Positions 59,504-64,000 of a DNA stretch of 64,000 nt are shown here, piece by piece. The translations under genes and the position numbers were made by a program. The stretch is from contig ML978124.1 of NCBI GenBank assembly GCA_010015805.1, positions 1,054,001-1,118,000 on the forward strand, written 5' to 3'. This DNA is from Rhizodiscina lignyota (taxonomy: Eukaryota). Within the stretch, counting starts at the first letter, position 1, and the number at the start of each line of letters is the position of its first letter. Under the pieces are notes generated by a model, which ran no database searches, was not told the origin of the DNA, and worked only from the letters and a program-made list of their open reading frames with translations.

Positions 59504-60843
59504 TTAATCAATAACCATCCTGCTCGGACCCTCTCCCGCGCCTCCAGGGCCGCTGGGCACATCCTGCAGGTACAGCTTGTCGTCCGCATCTCTGCTCCTC
59601 CTCTTGCTGCTATTGACGTACTGCTTCAATCCCTTGCCGTAGTTGCGCATGCACCAGCAGGCAACGAAAATTGTAATCGCCATTAGCAGGATGGTGATGA
59701 CAGCAAAGGAGGTTAGCGTGCGGCGCGCGGGGAGGTAGTCCTGGATGCGCTTCTGGTCCGAGGCGTACATGCGCACGAGCTTAAACATGAAATAGGCGAG
59801 GGCGGCAAAGTACCATATCTGAAAGGGGAAGTAAGTCAGCATGTGTTTCCATTTTAACTCGTGTGGTGAGAGCATCGGGTTCTCCGTTTGCCGGTCCGAC
59901 CTGGTTCGTATTCCGCAAGGAGAGCGAATGGGAATTGGAATTCGGGTGCCTCGGCAGGTAGTAAGAGACAAAATACACGTACCATGACAAATAAGCTGGC
60001 CCAAAGCGATTCACGCTTGCATGCCCATGCAGCGAAAATGAGGACTGCGATGGTTACGGGGAGTGCGGCGATTGTAAGGCCGAATTCGACGTTGGGAGTG
60101 TTGGAGACGATGACGAGGAATTGGACGGAGAATCCAAGGAAGAAGAAGAAATCGAACTTGAGGATGGCAATGTAGATCTGTTTTGGGATTAGAGAGTGCT
60201 CTGACGGGCTGATGTCCTGTTGGACAAACCTGGTAGATCAGATATCTCCTCTTCATTCGCAGATCAGCGCTAATCTGCTTGTAAATTGTCCATGCAAACT
60301 CGTCGTATAGCTTCCATGAAATGAATGCCATGCACAGCGTAACCAGGCCGACAACGCAAGGCACTGCAATCAGATACGGTTGGGTGTTGTTCCAGAAGGT
60401 GGGCACGATTTTGTTCATTCCGAGCAGACTGACCACCGCATCGTGGACTTGGTCCATCTCGATTGCGGTGTAGACTAATATGCCGAGATTGTAGAAGCAT
60501 AATCCGATGACTTGAATGGTGTTCTTCATGCGGAGGGCATCGTATACGAGGATGAGTTGGTAAAGGAATCCGAAGATAAGAAGAGAGAGGTATGTGGGGA
60601 TTGATCGGGCTTCGGTGAGGCCAGAGGCGCCATTCTCGAGGTCCAGCTGGAATCTAGCAAAGACATATCTAGAGACATGTTCGTTAGTGAAAGCCTTTTC
60701 ACGCTCGAGAATCGGATGTGGCATCGAGTCTCGAGTCGGCGGAGCAGAGATGGCACTCACGATTCCAGACCCAGCGCTACCATCGCCTGCACCAACACCA
60801 CCAGCGAAAACGCCCACGTCCAAGGTGTATTTGGTCTGTACAT
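59504..60843 (-). CDS. UPF0658-like multi-pass (Golgi) membrane protein
   Basis: MYRPNTPWTWAF, SIPTYLSLLIFGFLYQL, DALRMKNTIQVIG, LYDEFAWTIYKQISAD, LKFDFFFFLGFSVQF, YFMFKLVRMY, NYGKGLK; three introns. Confidence 0.85.
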
Positions 60844-63392
60844 GCCGCCGCCACCACTCATGCTTGCGGCGGGTGTGTCGAGTCCGGCGTAACCTTGGCG
60901 ACGATGATATGACCAGTCAGGAACTGGCTCTCCGAGGAGAGAATCTCGCGACTCGTGCTGGGTAATCTTTGCCACTTTGTTTGATGTTGGAGGCTGCCGG
61001 GACGGGCAGCCTTTTTGACTTACTGTATAAACGAGCGGAAGGGTGGGCTAAAAGGAAAAGGCTGGTGTCTTAGAGACAGCCTGGGCCAAGCAAGATGACA
61101 CAGCCCCTCGTTTGCTTTTCGGCCTTGTAGGTGGGAGAGGTAGGGCAGAGTTTCGTGTTGTGTGTGCTTGCTTGCACGCGAGGCTGAGAGGGTGAGGCTT
61201 GAGAACCCAAGGCGGATACCGGCCGAAGATCGAGGTTCGCGCCCGCGGAACGAGAGACGTAATCGAGAGTTCAAGTCGCACGGGAGTTGCTAGCCGAGCA
61301 GAGACGCTTGAATGTTTGCCAGTGGACAGCGAGTGAGGGTGGATGCAGGCTCTACGCGGGTGTAGGAGGTGGTGCTTGGCGGAGCGTGTCAAGTTTGCGT
61401 TGCGTGAGCGGAGGTGGTCGATGAAACGGCGGGGTGCTGACAGGCGATCTGAGCGCCGAGCAGGAGAGCGATGCGTATATAGAACGCCGAGGACTGCGGG
61501 CAGAGCGATAGATAAAGATGGAGGGAGTGTGGTGAGCGTGAGGAAATGGCTGGTTTACTAAGATGTGCGTTGTTATGTGAATTCTCGGTGGAGTGTGTGG
61601 CTGTGTCTCTGAGCACTGGGCCTTCGCCTGAGGCATGGGATGAGCGTGGCCTGTGTGACCTCGCTCTCTTCGCAATATTTACACACAGGGACTTTCTCAG
61701 GGGCGAGACTGCTGCTGCTTCATATATCTCCGCGACGAGCCATTGTCCATCACTACTTCTTCCTACAGTTTTCGCCATCGCAAAGGCAAGACTTTTCATT
61801 TCTAGCAGCGTGACACTGAGAGGGTGTGAATGCAGCGTTCCCAAGAGAAAGCTTGGCCTGCATGGCTTGCTAGGCGCAGGTTAAATATAGCATAGCCACC
61901 GTAAGGTATGTATCTTTATCCATCCTCATGCGCACGCACTCATCCGCCATGCAACTATGCCTGTTGCGATTAGCTCATCGACACTCTTGTATTCTCCTTC
62001 CACAGGTAGTAGCATTTTCCCTCTCGCTCTCATGATTGATAATTGATAAGAAGGACGCAATTCTGGCTTCTTGTCTGAACGACTGGCGATGAGATGTTCG
62101 ACTTAATGCCCTTCTCGGGCACTGCGGAACATTCCGATCAAGTATTGGACATGTGTCGATCCTTTCTTTTCCTTCTCGCTAGGAAAGCACATCAAATGCA
62201 CGAAATATCGCCGAAAATATGCAACTAATGCGGAGTTGCCCGCTCTCAGCCACCATTGGCCATCTCATTGAGAGATCGCACGTGAGTGAACAGAAATGGA
62301 CGCCAAGAGAGAAGAACAAGTGAAGAATTGGCAATATCCCTACTTGAGGCCATAACATTTGCAGTGGACATCGGTCTGCATCATAATACGTATGGAGGGA
62401 TAGAGGAGATCTAGGCGGATGAGCCGGAACGCCATACGCTTTGGACACTTTCTTCCTGGACATTGTCCTATGAAATTCAGAAATACAGCGTTTGTCTAGG
62501 TCTTCATTAGTGTAGAGCTTGATGCATATTCACAGTACTTGTCGCTGTGAATGCCATTCCTGCAGTTTAGATGCTATCGCAAGTCCTAAGTGTCCAAGAG
62601 GGTCACAAAAAAGTTTGCCGCAGCTTCCAGGACACTAGACAGCATCTGTATAAACCCTCTATATAACGTAGGGTACAAATTTCCATAGCTACTATTGCTT
62701 GATACACTCCATAGAATATACAACCGAGCTTTCAGAGGTAGTCTCGATTCCTGTGAGGTGGAAGAGCGATCAGCCCTGCTGGCGGCCAACCATTTTGGCA
62801 CCCGCTGTGGTTCCTTGTGGGACCGAAGGGAAGCGGCGGCTGGCGATCTCAGCCGCAAGATGGAAGAGAGGGCAATAGAAAAGGGTCCGCCCAAACACGC
62901 CTACTCGGGTGAAGAAGGCAGTTACTGTAACATTTTAAGTTTAAGTTAACATTTGAATCGAGACGAAATCGCAGCGGCGAAGTGCCGTGGAAAGATGATA
63001 CTTGTGAACGAACTGTGACGTAAGAGGCAGGGTTCCATGTCAGGCACACCCGATTTGTGGTTGTGTGCTCATTGCTGTGTAACATCAACTTTAACACTTA
63101 ACCGACACACCTCTCCGCGCTCCTCTCACACAATCGCCCGTCATCCTGTGTAAATAGGCTTTTAGGTCATTTCTACAGGATGACTTGCCTTGAACCGTAA
63201 TCTCAAGTTCTATGTACTCTGGCAGGCTCCTACCTACTTTTGCCCGACACTGGCCGAGCTTCCCTCGAATGCCTCGCGGTATCTTTGGGTGTTCAGTTCT
63301 CCCCGTCACTCCGGCAATTTACTTCTTTGGACATACTTCTTTCTTCGCCTGTATATCAGTTTGACCCCTTTTTGATTCTCTTGTAAATTAGA

Positions 63393-64000
63393 ATGGGACT
63401 CCCACAGCGTATCACCGGCAGGGGCCGCGAAGATGACCAGAAGAGCAGCGGAGCATCCTTCAGGAGCCGCTTCAAAGGCGAAGGCAGCGTCCCGAACGCT
63501 AAGAAACCCCGGCCACGACCTCCAAATGACTTGCGAGATAATTTCCTTAAGCTCAGCTTAACCCAGAGCGTGCTGCCGAAATATACCGGGCCATACAATG
63601 TGGGAATGATGGACATCGAGGTTCCAGTGCGCAAGCCGCAGCTCTTCTCGGACATCACGCGAAAACACCAGCATCTGCTGCGGCTGGAAACCGTTCTGTT
63701 CTCTATATACTATCCTACTTTCGATGCGCAGAGCACACCGGAACCATCAGGGAGGAAGTACTGGTCCCGAGAAACATGGCTGCCACGGCCGCGCACCCAA
63801 TTGGCAAAGGGTTACGGCCGGTTTGCCGGACTTGGGGCGTTACCACCAGGAGGGAAGATAGGAGAGAAATGGGAAAATGTTGCAATACCCTTATTTGCTG
63901 CAACAACAATGTTCACGAAGATACCGGCTCTTAGAAACGCGCGAATTGCACGATCGTGGCCGGAGAACCCACCTGCTACCCCAGCTGTGGAGAAGCAATT
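63393..64000 (+). CDS. Platelet-activating factor acetylhydrolase-like esterase, 5' part; runs off the right edge
   Basis: Open from ATG 63393 to the window end: LPKYTGPYNVGMMDIEVPV, LETVLFSIYYP, WLPRPR, GYGRFAG, TKIPALRNA. Confidence 0.85.
   Translation, partial: MGLPQRITGRGREDDQKSSGASFRSRFKGEGSVPNAKKPRPRPPNDLRDNFLKLSLTQSVLPKYTGPYNVGMMDIEVPVRKPQLFSDITRKHQHLLRLETVLFSIYYPTFDAQSTPEPSGRKYWSRETWLPRPRTQLAKGYGRFAGLGALPPGGKIGEKWENVAIPLFAATTMFTKIPALRNARIARSWPENPPATPAVEKQ

Noticed and set aside
1..64000. CRISPR arrays, rRNA, transposase/RT genes, prokaryotic operons
   Set aside because: None seen; the DNA is intron-containing fungal sequence with no repeat-spacer periodicity or transposon domains.

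Overview
This is eukaryotic DNA from a gene-dense region of a filamentous ascomycete (Pezizomycotina; Dothideomycetes-like is my guess). It has short GT-AG introns with CTRAC-type branch points, so the ORF track fragments or misses most genes. I reconstruct about 24 protein-coding genes. Housekeeping genes: PNK1/PNKP, MED18, YMR31/KGD4, GCD7, NEM1, RPN4-like C2H2 factor, IMA1, MRPL40, ALG14, HIS4, CPS1, Maf, a UPF0658 membrane protein and a partial PAF acetylhydrolase. Three accessory-looking blocks sit among them. (1) 14.3-20 kb: a secreted aryl-alcohol-oxidase-type GMC enzyme, an XIP-type aquaporin and an MDR/quinone reductase. (2) 36.4-41.2 kb: an SDR fused to an HP0310/PuuE-like CE4 hydrolase, a hidden 73-aa Hva1-TUDOR gene and an amino-acid permease. 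(3) 53.8-57.3 kb: a metallo-beta-lactamase with a non-canonical HWHFEH motif on a 22-nt microexon, divergent from a secreted bacterial-looking beta-propeller protein with three introns. A stop-free 69-nt intron-like segment in the RPN4 ORF may be a splicing switch. I found no rRNA, tRNA, CRISPR array or recognisable transposon. All family assignments come from motif recognition, not database searches.
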